DNA of 63,991 nt, the filler included, from an uncultured Methanoregulaceae archaeon (GTDB taxonomy: Archaea > Halobacteriota > Methanomicrobia > Methanomicrobiales > Methanospirillaceae): assembly GCA_964530035.1 (NCBI GenBank). It is 6 parts of 6 records of this genome, joined end to end, with 100 filler letters (N's around TTAATTAATTAA, not from the genome) between each part and the next. Parts side by side here need not be neighbours in the genome. Positions count along the whole stretch, not along the records: positions 22,703 to 33,759 come from CAZGXZ010000076.1; positions 33,860 to 44,819 come from CAZGXZ010000077.1; 4 more parts are not named here. The stretch is one strand, 5' to 3'. The position numbers were made by a program, and so were the translations under genes. Shown one piece after another: positions 28,494 through 37,715 of this stretch (the stretch's first letter is position 1; the number at the start of each line of letters is the position of its first letter). The notes beneath the pieces are model-generated. The model worked only from the letters and a program-made list of their open reading frames with translations. It ran no database searches and was not told where the DNA came from.

Positions 28494-30545
28494 TCAGGTG
28501 GTTTCCTTGTCCGGCAGAGCAGGCTGCCGTGCACCGCACTTGTCGCAGAACTTCGCGGTTATAGGGAGGACCGCCTCGCACGTGCTGCAGAGTTTGGTAT
28601 CGACCCCGGACGGCGGGGTGTTCCCGCACTTCGGGCAGGACGGCACCTCGAGTCCCATCGGTGTCCCGCAGTGCATACAGAACCGTTTTGCAGGCTCGGC
28701 AAGGATGATCTCGGTCCTGCCCGATACCTGCCCCGTGGTCCCGGTGATAATTGCCCTCCCCACGGCTGTCCCTGAGGTGAATGAGGCAGATCCCGAAAGC
28801 GTCCTCGGCGGTATCACTACCGAGGGTGTGACATTGCCAAGAGTGGTCGACAGGCTGACCTTCCGTTCGTTCTGGGAAGTGATGAACTTCCCCTTGTCAT
28901 TGAGGATCTTTATCGTAAGCAGAGCCGTGGAAATCCCGTCGGCGATAATCTCTCCGGGGTCGGCGGTAATCTCAATCCCTGCTTCGACACACTCAAATGC
29001 GAGGTTGACCTCAGCCTTCTTCCTGTTCTCCTGGGCGGTAACCTTCACCGGCCCTCCTTCTGTCGATGCCGTGAGGATTGCTTCAACCATCGCCTTTCCC
29101 TTCGGGATGATGACGTTTTGAACGGTCCCGGCGGTTGTCGTCATCGTAACCTCACGGTCTTTTTTCTGTGACCGCATGAGGCCGAATGCATTGTTGAAGC
29201 TGACCTGTATCGGGATGGTCGAACTCCCGTCGCAAGGGACGCTCTTTTTCTGTGGTTTTAAGGTGAGGTTTTCCCGGGTCAGGAGGTAGTAGATAATCCC
29301 GGCCGCCAGGACCAGCCCGATGATGCCTGCCAGTATCGTTGGAAGCCAGTCAGGGAGCCCTCCCTGCTGAGATGGTACGACTGGCACAATCTGAGGTGTG
29401 CCGACCGGCGATGGGGTGGCCTGGGGAGTTTCAACCGCTTTAACGGATATCTGCTGTGCAACAGAACTACCAACACCCAGGTTGTCCTTGACAAGCAGCG
29501 TTACCGTGATGGTGCCACCCTTCGTGAAGAGATGTTTTACCGTTTTTCCAGACCCTGTTGTCCCGTCCCCGAAATCCCAGTTCCAGGACGTGATATATCC
29601 ATCGGTGTCCGAGGACGCTGAGGCGTCGAAGCTGACATTCAGGGGAGCTTCACCCCCAAGGGGGATCATGGTGAAGGACCCCTTCGGGGGGTTGTTCGAT
29701 ACCGCCACCGCTCCTGACTGGGAGCCGCCGCCCCCACCTGAAGATGCTCCCGAAGAGGAAGATGATCCCTGGGATGAGGTGTCCTGCTGCCAGGCCCCTC
29801 CTCCAACCCTTCCCGGTTCAGGGGTCGACTGGGTAAGAACTATCCCCGGAGTTACAGGGGCCCTTGTCGGAGTAATGGTCGGCGTGGTTGCAGGAGTTGC
29901 CGTTTCAGTCGGAGTCGGCTGTGCTTCCGTGACCGTGAACGGAGCAGATGCATATGGCGGCTGTGGGTAGATGAGGAGGACCTGCGGGGAGCTGTACCCT
30001 GACGGAGGGGTTATCGACGTGATGTCCAGGGAAAAACTTCCTGCCTGGACCGGGGAGTAGGTGGCCGTAACAAAGCCCTGGGAACCTGTCGTTACTGAAT
30101 TAGACAGGAGTGTTTCCGATCCGGACATAACCTTGTAAACAAGGCCTGCTCCTGATACCGGTGAACCCCCGGTGTCTGTAACCGAGAGGGTTATTGAAAG
30201 CGTCTGACCAATGGACAGTTCCGAAGGGCTGACCGTTACATGGGGATAGGCATATCTGGGTTCAGTGGGTGTCGGAGAAACTGTCACACCACCACTATAC
30301 ACGATGTCGTAATCCGGATAGCGAACTTGGAGAGCATCTTCCTGTATAGTATTGGCAAAATTCGCTGAATTAATACTGGAGAGATCCTTGCTTATCCTTA
30401 AATCGCCGGATTCTGCAGTTACAGACACAAAAGGAATAACAAAAAAAATAGCTGCGAGGAGGATGATAAGTACCGCCACCATAAGATTCGCCCGGGGCAA
30501 TACCGATTTTTCAACAGGTTTTTTTTCCGCCACGTCCTTCACCAT
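28494..30545 (-). CDS. Membrane protein: Ig-like + T/P/S/G linker + PKD, TM, two invasin/Big_1-like domains, double zinc ribbon
   Basis: PKD motif APLNVSFDAS.S.D.DG.ITSWNWDFGDG; TM near aa 400-423; IIADGISTALLTIKI; C-terminal CMHC..CPKC..CSTC..CDKC. Confidence 0.8.
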   Translation of the reverse strand: MVKDVAEKKPVEKSVLPRANLMVAVLIILLAAIFFVIPFVSVTAESGDLRISKDLSSINSANFANTIQEDALQVRYPDYDIVYSGGVTVSPTPTEPRYAYPHVTVSPSELSIGQTLSITLSVTDTGGSPVSGAGLVYKVMSGSETLLSNSVTTGSQGFVTATYSPVQAGSFSLDITSITPPSGYSSPQVLLIYPQPPYASAPFTVTEAQPTPTETATPATTPTITPTRAPVTPGIVLTQSTPEPGRVGGGAWQQDTSSQGSSSSSGASSGGGGGSQSGAVAVSNNPPKGSFTMIPLGGEAPLNVSFDASASSDTDGYITSWNWDFGDGTTGSGKTVKHLFTKGGTITVTLLVKDNLGVGSSVAQQISVKAVETPQATPSPVGTPQIVPVVPSQQGGLPDWLPTILAGIIGLVLAAGIIYYLLTRENLTLKPQKKSVPCDGSSTIPIQVSFNNAFGLMRSQKKDREVTMTTTAGTVQNVIIPKGKAMVEAILTASTEGGPVKVTAQENRKKAEVNLAFECVEAGIEITADPGEIIADGISTALLTIKILNDKGKFITSQNERKVSLSTTLGNVTPSVVIPPRTLSGSASFTSGTAVGRAIITGTTGQVSGRTEIILAEPAKRFCMHCGTPMGLEVPSCPKCGNTPPSGVDTKLCSTCEAVLPITAKFCDKCGARQPALPDKETT

Positions 30546-30763
30546 CTGGTCGATTACAATGCTTCGCTGATATGGTATTTATAAGATTTGTGGATAAAGG
30601 AAAAGTGGTTTTCACCTGTCATTCACGAACTTTGAAATCGTTATTTTCAAGATCCTTATCTTAAAAAAGGTAAGCCTGTCGAGCTCCGACCGTTTCCGGA
30701 AGAGGGGGTATCTCCGGTTCAACACACAATTTTTTTTAGGGATGCGTCCCTGATTACTACACT

Positions 30764-31744
30764 ATGAAAAGACCTCCGGCAAGTCTGCTTTTTCTCATTA
30801 TTTTAGCAATGCTACTGCCTTTTGCATGTGGCTGCACGATACCCTTCCTTCCGCAGCAGCAGGGAAAAGACAGCAATCCCGTGACCCTGGTCCCCTCTGA
30901 AACCCAGCCTGTTCCAGGGACCACCGCTACCGGAGCCGCTCCGACACAGGGACAAGGTCCTGATTCCGGCAATGTTCCTCCGGCTACCGGTGCACCTGCC
31001 ATTCCCGTGACAGAGGGGGGGCAGGTACCTGCAACACCGCAGGCAACTGGATCCCAGGGAGGAGTGTCGCCATCCGAAACCGGAGGCAATGGACAAAGTC
31101 CTGAAGTAACCGGGAGTATGACTGATGGCCCCGTTACGTCATATATCCTGAGCGAGGACATCAACCGGCATTTCATCAACATCGCTTTTGGCAACAAGAG
31201 GACCGCAATCGACCGGGCCCAGCCAGCAATGCTCGCGGTATCCGTCCGGGACGGATATGTGGATGCCGATATTGCCGCTCTCAAGGGATTCATCCAGGAG
31301 TTCAACAAGCTTTCAAGGACAACGACCCTGTCCGAGAACATTAAGACAGAAACCCCGGGAAAGCTGAACATCCGGTTCCTGAAACAGGACGGCTTAAAGG
31401 AGATCGATATGAAGAACATCCAGGACACCCTCCGTGACCCCCAGAATAATGATATCCAGATCCTGGTATCCACGAAGGCTGCCAATGGCGACATGACTGC
31501 ATATGTAAACGCTGATCTCCAGGGTGAAAGGAAGATCCACTACATGCTGCGTGCCATTATGTACATGCTGGGATTTGCCGGCTATACCGCGGATTATCCC
31601 GACAGCCTCTTCAATACCTATACAGATACAACAACAAAACTCTCGATTATTGACAAGGAAGCCGTGAAACTGATGTACGGCGGGAACAGCATAACGAGCG
31701 GGATGAATATTGATGCCGTGAAGAGAGTGCTGATGATGAAGTAA
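30764..31744 (+). CDS. Putative lipoprotein, P/T/G-rich linker, DUF2927-like C-terminal domain
   Basis: Signal ending FACGC; C-terminal MLGF...PDSLFN...LSIIDKEAVKLMY pattern. Confidence 0.6.
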   Translation: MKRPPASLLFLIILAMLLPFACGCTIPFLPQQQGKDSNPVTLVPSETQPVPGTTATGAAPTQGQGPDSGNVPPATGAPAIPVTEGGQVPATPQATGSQGGVSPSETGGNGQSPEVTGSMTDGPVTSYILSEDINRHFINIAFGNKRTAIDRAQPAMLAVSVRDGYVDADIAALKGFIQEFNKLSRTTTLSENIKTETPGKLNIRFLKQDGLKEIDMKNIQDTLRDPQNNDIQILVSTKAANGDMTAYVNADLQGERKIHYMLRAIMYMLGFAGYTADYPDSLFNTYTDTTTKLSIIDKEAVKLMYGGNSITSGMNIDAVKRVLMMK

Positions 31745-31830
31745 TCGCTTTTCTTCCTTGCTCAGCATTCCTTTTCGTTTTTAAGGATTCCGCATCATTT
31801 TTATGCTTTTTTCCGTTTATTCGCAACGGC

Positions 31831-31847
31831 TGACAAAGCTATAAATA
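31831..31847 (+). promoter_or_regulatory. Putative archaeal BRE/TATA promoter of the tail-sheath operon
   Basis: tgacaaagcTATAAATA about 85 nt upstream of the sheath ATG, after a T-rich terminator-like tract at 31748-31782. Confidence 0.55.
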
Positions 31848-31932
31848 GTCTTATTATGATGCTTTAAGAGTCAGACGGAACCTATTCCATCCAGGGATGC
31901 GAGGATGAAATGGACGGGAGATTGACGATAAT

Positions 31933-33288
31933 ATGACCAGGATTCTTCCAGGTGTCGAGATACAGGTGATCAAGGAGATCGTTCCGCAGCAGCTCAACCC
32001 CTCCGGAGTTGTAGCCATGATCGGGACGACCGAACGGGGCGAAATCCTTGTGCCGACCCATGTCAGCAGCTACCGGGAATTTGTTGACAAGTTCGGAGCA
32101 GGTGAACAGTCATCGATTATCCGTGATGCCAAGCAGGCCTTCCAGAACGGTGTGTTCGAGATCGTCGTCACGGCAATCAGCGGGAAAGAGGGGTCCAAGG
32201 CCGGTTACACGTTCAAGGATCTGAAAAACAGGGACACGGTCCGGCTCGAGGCACAGCAGTCCGCCGAATCGGGAAATGCCATCAAGGTAAAGATCGAGAA
32301 CGGCACAGTGTCGGATTCGGTAAACGTCATCGTTTCAGATGGGGCAACGGTGGAGATCTTCGAGAACCAGGCCATGAACCCCGCCGGTGAAACGTACCTT
32401 GTCGAGCACATCAATACCCATTCCAAACTCGTGACGGCAAAAGACCTCCACTCAACGGCAAAACCCCCGAATAACAACCCTGCCGAGTGCGAGGTGAACC
32501 TGGAGGGGGGGATGACGGGAGTCATAACGAAGGAGGATTTCGAGAAGGCACTCGAAAAACTCGAAGGGGACCCGGACGTCGATATCGTGATGGCCTGCGA
32601 TATAACTGACCCCGAGATCCATGCTCTCATCGAAGCCCACTGCATGAAGATGAGCCTCGATGCCAAGAACCGGATCGGTCTCGGGACGGTTTCACGTGGA
32701 GAGAGCATCGGCGACATCTGCAGGAGGACGACCACGCTGGCGAGTGACCGGTTCGTGCTGATCGCCCCATACGGGAACCTCGGGGCGGTTGCCGGCCTCA
32801 TCAGTCGCCTGAACTACTACGAGTCTCCGACCTACAAGCCCATAAGCGGGATTGCAAAACTTGAACGGGACTACACGCCCTCCGAACAAATGGACCTCCT
32901 CAAGGCCGGGATACTTCCGCTTGAGGCCCAGAGGGGGAGAGGCATTATTGTAGTCAAGGGAATTGCGACGAGCAAGGAACAGATCAGCGTGATGAGGATA
33001 GCCGATCATTCCGTCAGGGGAGTAAAAAGCGTGGCTGACCTCTTTATCGGTACCCTCAACTCGCCGACGGGCAGGTCTGCACTCAAGGGAAAGATAACCG
33101 AGTTCATGATGAGGATGGAAAGCGAGGGTGCGATCGTCCCGAGCACAGACGGGAAGGAACCTCCGTATCTCCTTGACGTCTACAGCTCGGAACTCGATTT
33201 TGCCCAGGGGATCGTCCGGGTCGACATGGCGGTCAGGCCGGTCCGTGCGATGGACTACATCTATGCCACCATCAAGGTGGAGGCGTAA
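31933..33288 (+). CDS. Contractile phage-tail sheath-like protein
   Basis: N-terminus LPGVEIQVI..GVVAMIGTTERG...P..VSSYREFVDKFG and C-terminus GIVRVDMAVRPVRAMDYIYATI are hallmark sheath ends; ISVMRIAD in the conserved C-domain. Confidence 0.9.
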   Translation: MTRILPGVEIQVIKEIVPQQLNPSGVVAMIGTTERGEILVPTHVSSYREFVDKFGAGEQSSIIRDAKQAFQNGVFEIVVTAISGKEGSKAGYTFKDLKNRDTVRLEAQQSAESGNAIKVKIENGTVSDSVNVIVSDGATVEIFENQAMNPAGETYLVEHINTHSKLVTAKDLHSTAKPPNNNPAECEVNLEGGMTGVITKEDFEKALEKLEGDPDVDIVMACDITDPEIHALIEAHCMKMSLDAKNRIGLGTVSRGESIGDICRRTTTLASDRFVLIAPYGNLGAVAGLISRLNYYESPTYKPISGIAKLERDYTPSEQMDLLKAGILPLEAQRGRGIIVVKGIATSKEQISVMRIADHSVRGVKSVADLFIGTLNSPTGRSALKGKITEFMMRMESEGAIVPSTDGKEPPYLLDVYSSELDFAQGIVRVDMAVRPVRAMDYIYATIKVEA

Positions 33289-33309
33289 ACCCCGGGAGGA
33301 TGAACTATC

Positions 33310-33738
33310 ATGGCTGAAGCAACAGGACTTAACGCAACTTTCTTCTCGGCACGGGAAAGCCAGGTCACGGTGGAATCGGAACGGCTTGCAGGCCTGCAGT
33401 CTCTTGAGTACAAGATCGTCAAGAACCCGATAGACATCATTGGAACAGGCTCGGATAAGAGACAGGGATTCGACTACGGAGTCCTCTCTGTTACAGGAAA
33501 GATGAAGATAAAATCTGTTTCCACCACACTTGACACCAAGTTCCAGGAGACCGATCCCGACAAGGCCAAGTTCACCATGACCGCCGAGCTCAAGGGTGGG
33601 GCCGGATCGGGTTCTAAGCCGAGGAAGCTCACATTCGTCGAGTGTTACCTGACAGACAGGGAATTTTCAATGGATGTCAATGGCGTGGGTGTCGTGCTCT
33701 ACAGTTTCACCTGCAAGGAAGTTACCGGGGACAAGTGA
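33310..33738 (+). CDS. Putative tail tube protein
   Basis: 142 aa, beta-rich pattern, 21 nt after the sheath with GGGAGGA SD; KLTFVECYLTDREFSMD...YSFTC resembles tube C-termini; call rests mainly on size and position. Confidence 0.7.
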   Translation: MAEATGLNATFFSARESQVTVESERLAGLQSLEYKIVKNPIDIIGTGSDKRQGFDYGVLSVTGKMKIKSVSTTLDTKFQETDPDKAKFTMTAELKGGAGSGSKPRKLTFVECYLTDREFSMDVNGVGVVLYSFTCKEVTGDK

Positions 33739-33759
33739 GGGATGAAAGGGGCACGGGAT

Positions 33760-33859
33760 NNNNNNNNNNNNNNNNNNNNNNNNNNNNNNNNNNNNNNNNN
33801 NNNTTAATTAATTAANNNNNNNNNNNNNNNNNNNNNNNNNNNNNNNNNNNNNNNNNNNN
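33760..33859. other. Artificial contig spacer
   Basis: N run with TTAATTAATTAA. Confidence 0.99.
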
Positions 33860-34201
33860 TTCGGGTTCCGCCTCTGCGGAGAAGAAGCCGTCGATGAGGC
33901 CCTTCAGCTCCGCTGTTATCCCCATTGAATAAATGGGGGAGGCCAAGGCTATGGCATCTGCTTCAAGGATCTTATTAAAAAGGGGTGGTGCGTCATCATC
34001 AAGGACACAGGTGCCGTTTTTATGGCAGGCGTTGCATCCCCTGCAGGGAGCATAGGAAAGTCCTTTCAATATGATCTTTTCGGTTTTTGCCCCTGCTGAC
34101 GCCGCGCCGTCAATGAAGGCATCGAGCAGCTGTTCGGTGTTTCCATGCCTCCTCGGGCTTCCGGAAATACCCAGTATTTCAATATCTGCTGGCATCGTCA
34201 T
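33860..34201 (-). CDS. Flavodoxin-like iron-sulfur flavoprotein (NADPH-dependent FMN reductase family), 3'-truncated
   Basis: GISGSPRRHGNTE, CRGCNACHKNGTC, ASPIY. Confidence 0.88.
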
Positions 34202-34824
34202 CAGGAGGTTGGTTCTCCCAGTCTTTGACGGGCCGTCGCCACAAGACTATGCCCAAGGAGAGCTGCATCCTGTTTTGCGGTGGGATGATTGAGAATCGCG
34301 CCTTTCTCATCTACCTTTCGGACCATGAGGTAGCTGATGTCCGCATCCCTGATGTCGATGACATGGTAGAAGCACTTGACTGAGGGGATGGCTGCATCGA
34401 ATACATGGGGCCAGTCCTGTCCTGCGGTCGCAAGAAAGGCCCCGAGCCGCTTTCCTTTTCGTGAAGGATCGGTCACCGGCAGCTTCAGGACATATTTTCG
34501 CGACCTGAACACCTGGGCCCGGTCGATGAGGGCTTTGGCCTGGGCGGCGATCCCCATACAGAAAATCGGTGATGACAGGACAATTATATCCGCATTCAGG
34601 AGCTGGTCATGCATGGTGTCCATCCCGTCCTGCTGGATACACCGGTTCAGTTTTTCACAGGCATTACAACCACGGCACATGTTGATGCCTGCCTCATCAA
34701 GGGGAACCTTCTCAATGATTATGCCGCTCTCCGCTCTCATGGTTTCGAGGACCCAGTCAAGGAGCGTTTCCGAATTTCCATGCCTCCTCGGGCTTCCGGC
34801 TATTCCAAGGACCCTGATAGCCAT
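34201..34824 (-). CDS. Flavodoxin-like iron-sulfur flavoprotein (Isf-like)
   Basis: GIAGSPRRHGNSE, CRGCNACEKLNRC, SSPIF..IAAQAKALIDR. Confidence 0.9.
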   Translation of the reverse strand: MAIRVLGIAGSPRRHGNSETLLDWVLETMRAESGIIIEKVPLDEAGINMCRGCNACEKLNRCIQQDGMDTMHDQLLNADIIVLSSPIFCMGIAAQAKALIDRAQVFRSRKYVLKLPVTDPSRKGKRLGAFLATAGQDWPHVFDAAIPSVKCFYHVIDIRDADISYLMVRKVDEKGAILNHPTAKQDAALLGHSLVATARQRLGEPTS

Positions 34825-35004
34825 AGCCTGCGTGTGCCGGCTGACTAAAAAAAGGTTATTTTAATGGCTTTTTCAACCCGGAGATGATACCATCCAATAC
34901 TTCATGCATTGCCCTCACGATGCAGGCCAGTACATATTTGTGAAGCAGGTCTCAAAGACATGGGATTCGTCAATTGCTGCTGGTGACAGGAGGTGAAATG
35001 GTGA

Positions 35005-35304
35005 CTATTTTGAATCTGACTGGAAATCACGAAGTATTAACGAAAAATCGTCAATAAATGCGGTTTCATCCCCCTTGATGAACTGTGCATGGACGATGCG
35101 ATCTCCAATCATCCCCTTGACAGAATACCTCCCCGCGCGCTTAAAAGTAAAAAAAGGAGTATCTGGCGAGTCAATGACCGTTACTATCCCGAAGGCCCGG
35201 AGGTGGGTGATGAACGGACCATCCGTGCTGTCGGAGAGGAGGATCTCTCTGATATCGGAGCCGTCATGGCATCGCTTAAGGAGACGGTCCTGGATGACAT
35301 GCAT
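35005..35304 (-). CDS. Hypothetical protein overlapping the Cys desulfurase 3' end
   Basis: ORF MHVIQDRLLKRCHDGS...; operonic overlap. Confidence 0.55.
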   Translation of the reverse strand: MHVIQDRLLKRCHDGSDIREILLSDSTDGPFITHLRAFGIVTVIDSPDTPFFTFKRAGRYSVKGMIGDRIVHAQFIKGDETAFIDDFSLILRDFQSDSK

Positions 35305-36463
35305 GTGAGGCCACCTTTGTAATGCACTCCACGGCATAATGGCAGTCCTCCTCGGTGTTCATGAAAGAGGGAGAGAGCCGGACCGAACCGCTACCGTTGC
35401 TGACCGTTTCATGGATGAGGGGAGCGCAGTGAAGGCCGACGCGTGCAATGATCCCATATCCTCTTTTCAGGATGAACCCTGTGTCCTCGTTGGGAAGTCC
35501 CTCAATATTGAACGATATCACGGGTATATCGGGCTTCCTGGTATGGAGGACAACTCCGTTAGCTCCCCCGATGTGTTCCGTCAGGATCCCGGTCAGAGTC
35601 CTTCCGTGTGCAGTGATACGGTCAACTCCTTGCTTTTCAATGAACCGTATGCCTGCCAAAAGGGACGCAATTCCCGGGTAGTTCAGCGTGCCGGCCTCGA
35701 ATTTTTCAGGACACGTTGCAGGGGGATAACGATTTGCCGAATCTGAGCCTGTCCCCCCCTGGAAACATGGCTGGACACGGTCAGGGGTACGGATGAAAAA
35801 TCCGCCGGTACCGGGAATCCCGAAGAGGTACTTGTGCCCGGTAAAGACAAAAGCGTCGACAGGCATCCGCTTTAAGTCGATGCGAACCTGTCCCGTGGTC
35901 TGCGCACCGTCTGCAATCACGAAGACCCCTTCGTCGCGGAGACCTGCTCCAATGTTCATAAGGTCCTGAACGGTTCCAAGGACATTGCTGCCCTGCGTCA
36001 GGACGGCAAGCCGGGTATCACGCCGGACGGCGTCGAGGACCTCTGCCGGTGCAAGGTAACCATTCCGTGACGGTATCACGGTGAGATCAATCCGCCCGCC
36101 TCTTTCGAGCGACCAAAGCGGCCTGAGCACCGAGTTATGCTCGAGGTCTGATGTAATCACATGGAACCTGGAGACCTGCCCCAGTGCAAAACCGTGGATG
36201 AGGAGGTTGAGTGCATAGGTGGCGTTGTGGGTGAAGATGAATGAATCCGGGTCAGGTATACTAAAAAAGCGGGCGAGGGCCTCACGGCACTCCGCCGGGT
36301 AGTCTGTGCAGCTACCTGCCGTCGACCTGCCCCCTTCGCCGAACGGTGTGGCGAGTGAATCCGTCACCGCCCTGATTACTTCCGGGGGTTTTGGCCAGCT
36401 GGTGGCGGCATTGTTCAGGTAGACAATGTGTTCCAGAGTTCCCGTCAATCTTTCACCTGGCAT
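35276..36463 (-). CDS. Cysteine desulfurase family PLP enzyme (class V aminotransferase)
   Basis: YLNNAATSWPKP, EHNSV, DGAQ, FTGHKYLFG, EAGTLN, RVGLHCAP (group II-type catalytic Cys). Confidence 0.92.
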   Translation of the reverse strand: MPGERLTGTLEHIVYLNNAATSWPKPPEVIRAVTDSLATPFGEGGRSTAGSCTDYPAECREALARFFSIPDPDSFIFTHNATYALNLLIHGFALGQVSRFHVITSDLEHNSVLRPLWSLERGGRIDLTVIPSRNGYLAPAEVLDAVRRDTRLAVLTQGSNVLGTVQDLMNIGAGLRDEGVFVIADGAQTTGQVRIDLKRMPVDAFVFTGHKYLFGIPGTGGFFIRTPDRVQPCFQGGTGSDSANRYPPATCPEKFEAGTLNYPGIASLLAGIRFIEKQGVDRITAHGRTLTGILTEHIGGANGVVLHTRKPDIPVISFNIEGLPNEDTGFILKRGYGIIARVGLHCAPLIHETVSNGSGSVRLSPSFMNTEEDCHYAVECITKVASHACHPGPSP

Positions 36464-36539
36464 TCCTGGACATCAGGTGATCCCTGTACCGATACCGACA
36501 TCTTCCCGTATGTTTGCCAGGTGCAAAGCATGGTTCCAC

Positions 36540-37436
36540 TCACTGGACAGCCATCATCCTCTCCAGGGCACGCCTGGCCCCGGGTACCACCAACGGGTCA
36601 ACCGAAACGACCGGTCCTTCGTTGATGATCGCCTGCCTTATCCTGGCAAGGGTTATCATCTTCATATCAGGACAGGCAGAGAACGAAGAGGCAGGGATAA
36701 AACGGGTTTCAGGGGAGACCAGCCGCATACGGGGTATTATCCCGGGTTCAGTCCCGACAATAACGGTGCTGAACTTGTTCCCGGCAACAAACCGGACCAT
36801 CCCGGATGTGGAGCCGATGTAGTCCGCGAGTTCCTGAACGACCTGCGTTGTCTCCGGATGGGCAAGGACGACGGCATCGGGATACCGTTTTTTCCTGACA
36901 AGGATTTCCGGTCCGGTGATTGAGTGATGAACAGGGCAGCAGCCGAATTCAGGGACCGGGATGACATTGACCCCGGTCTTCCGGGCGACGTACAGGGCGA
37001 GGTTCCGGTCCGGGGCGAAGAGTACCCGGGGCACACCCAGGCTTTCGACCACCCTGACCGCATTCGCGGATGTACAACAGATGTCGGAGCAGGCCTTGAT
37101 CCGCGCAGAGGAATTGACGTAGGTGACGACCGGTACACCAGGGTGCGCTTCACGGGCTTTTTCAAGAACCTCAGGGTTGAGGCGTGTGGCCATCGCACAC
37201 TGTGAGAAGGGTTCGGGGTGAATAACCCTGCTCGTAGGCGAAAGGATGGCAGCCATTTCAGCCATGAAATCCACTCCGGCGAGTATAATTGTCCCGTTCC
37301 GCACCTCTCTGGCGATTTTTGCGAGTTCCAGCGAGTCACCGACATGATCTGCCGCTCTCTGGACCTCGGGCCGTACATAGTTATGTGCGAGGAGGAGGAT
37401 CTGTTCACCGCCAGGGGTCTTTTTCCATTTTTTCAC
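36540..37436 (-). CDS. nadA: Quinolinate synthase A
   Basis: LAHNY, CAMA, YVNSS, CTSANA, CPVH, HPE, GSTSGM, CPDMK. Confidence 0.93.
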   Translation of the reverse strand: MKKWKKTPGGEQILLLAHNYVRPEVQRAADHVGDSLELAKIAREVRNGTIILAGVDFMAEMAAILSPTSRVIHPEPFSQCAMATRLNPEVLEKAREAHPGVPVVTYVNSSARIKACSDICCTSANAVRVVESLGVPRVLFAPDRNLALYVARKTGVNVIPVPEFGCCPVHHSITGPEILVRKKRYPDAVVLAHPETTQVVQELADYIGSTSGMVRFVAGNKFSTVIVGTEPGIIPRMRLVSPETRFIPASSFSACPDMKMITLARIRQAIINEGPVVSVDPLVVPGARRALERMMAVQ

Positions 37437-37715
37437 CGTTATTCACCTTTTATTCGGGATGAATTGCATTTTAGTTGGGTAGTGTGGAATGATGTACTTT
37501 TGTGTTATCTCCACAATGGTGAAATTTTTCCTTATCCCCATAATGATACCAGGCAAGAATCCAACAGGTGACCGTTTCGTCTTCACTATGCCTGAGTAGT
37601 TGCATATATCCGGGAGAACAGCCCTCATGACGGATCATTCATGTGAGGAAGGATAACTGAAGCACGGGGAGCGGAATCTTTGGAGGCCCGTTACCCGAGG
37701 TGGGAGGTATGGTTG

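Noticed and set aside
28000..33759. Intact provirus
   Set aside because: No integrase, terminase, portal, capsid or att-like repeat on this contig, and upstream genes look cellular; cannot be fully excluded because the locus is truncated
33860..33892. Flavoprotein sequence diverges from its paralog (LIDGFFSAEAEPE versus LIDRAQ) at the contig edge
   Set aside because: Only about 30 nt at a contig terminus; most likely an end-of-contig assembly artefact
34988..35057. Strong SD (AGGAGGTGA) followed by a 19-codon ORF MVTILNLTGNHEVLTKNRQ
   Set aside because: Very short and antisense to the 3' end of a likely gene, with no other support; could be revisited with ribosome profiling
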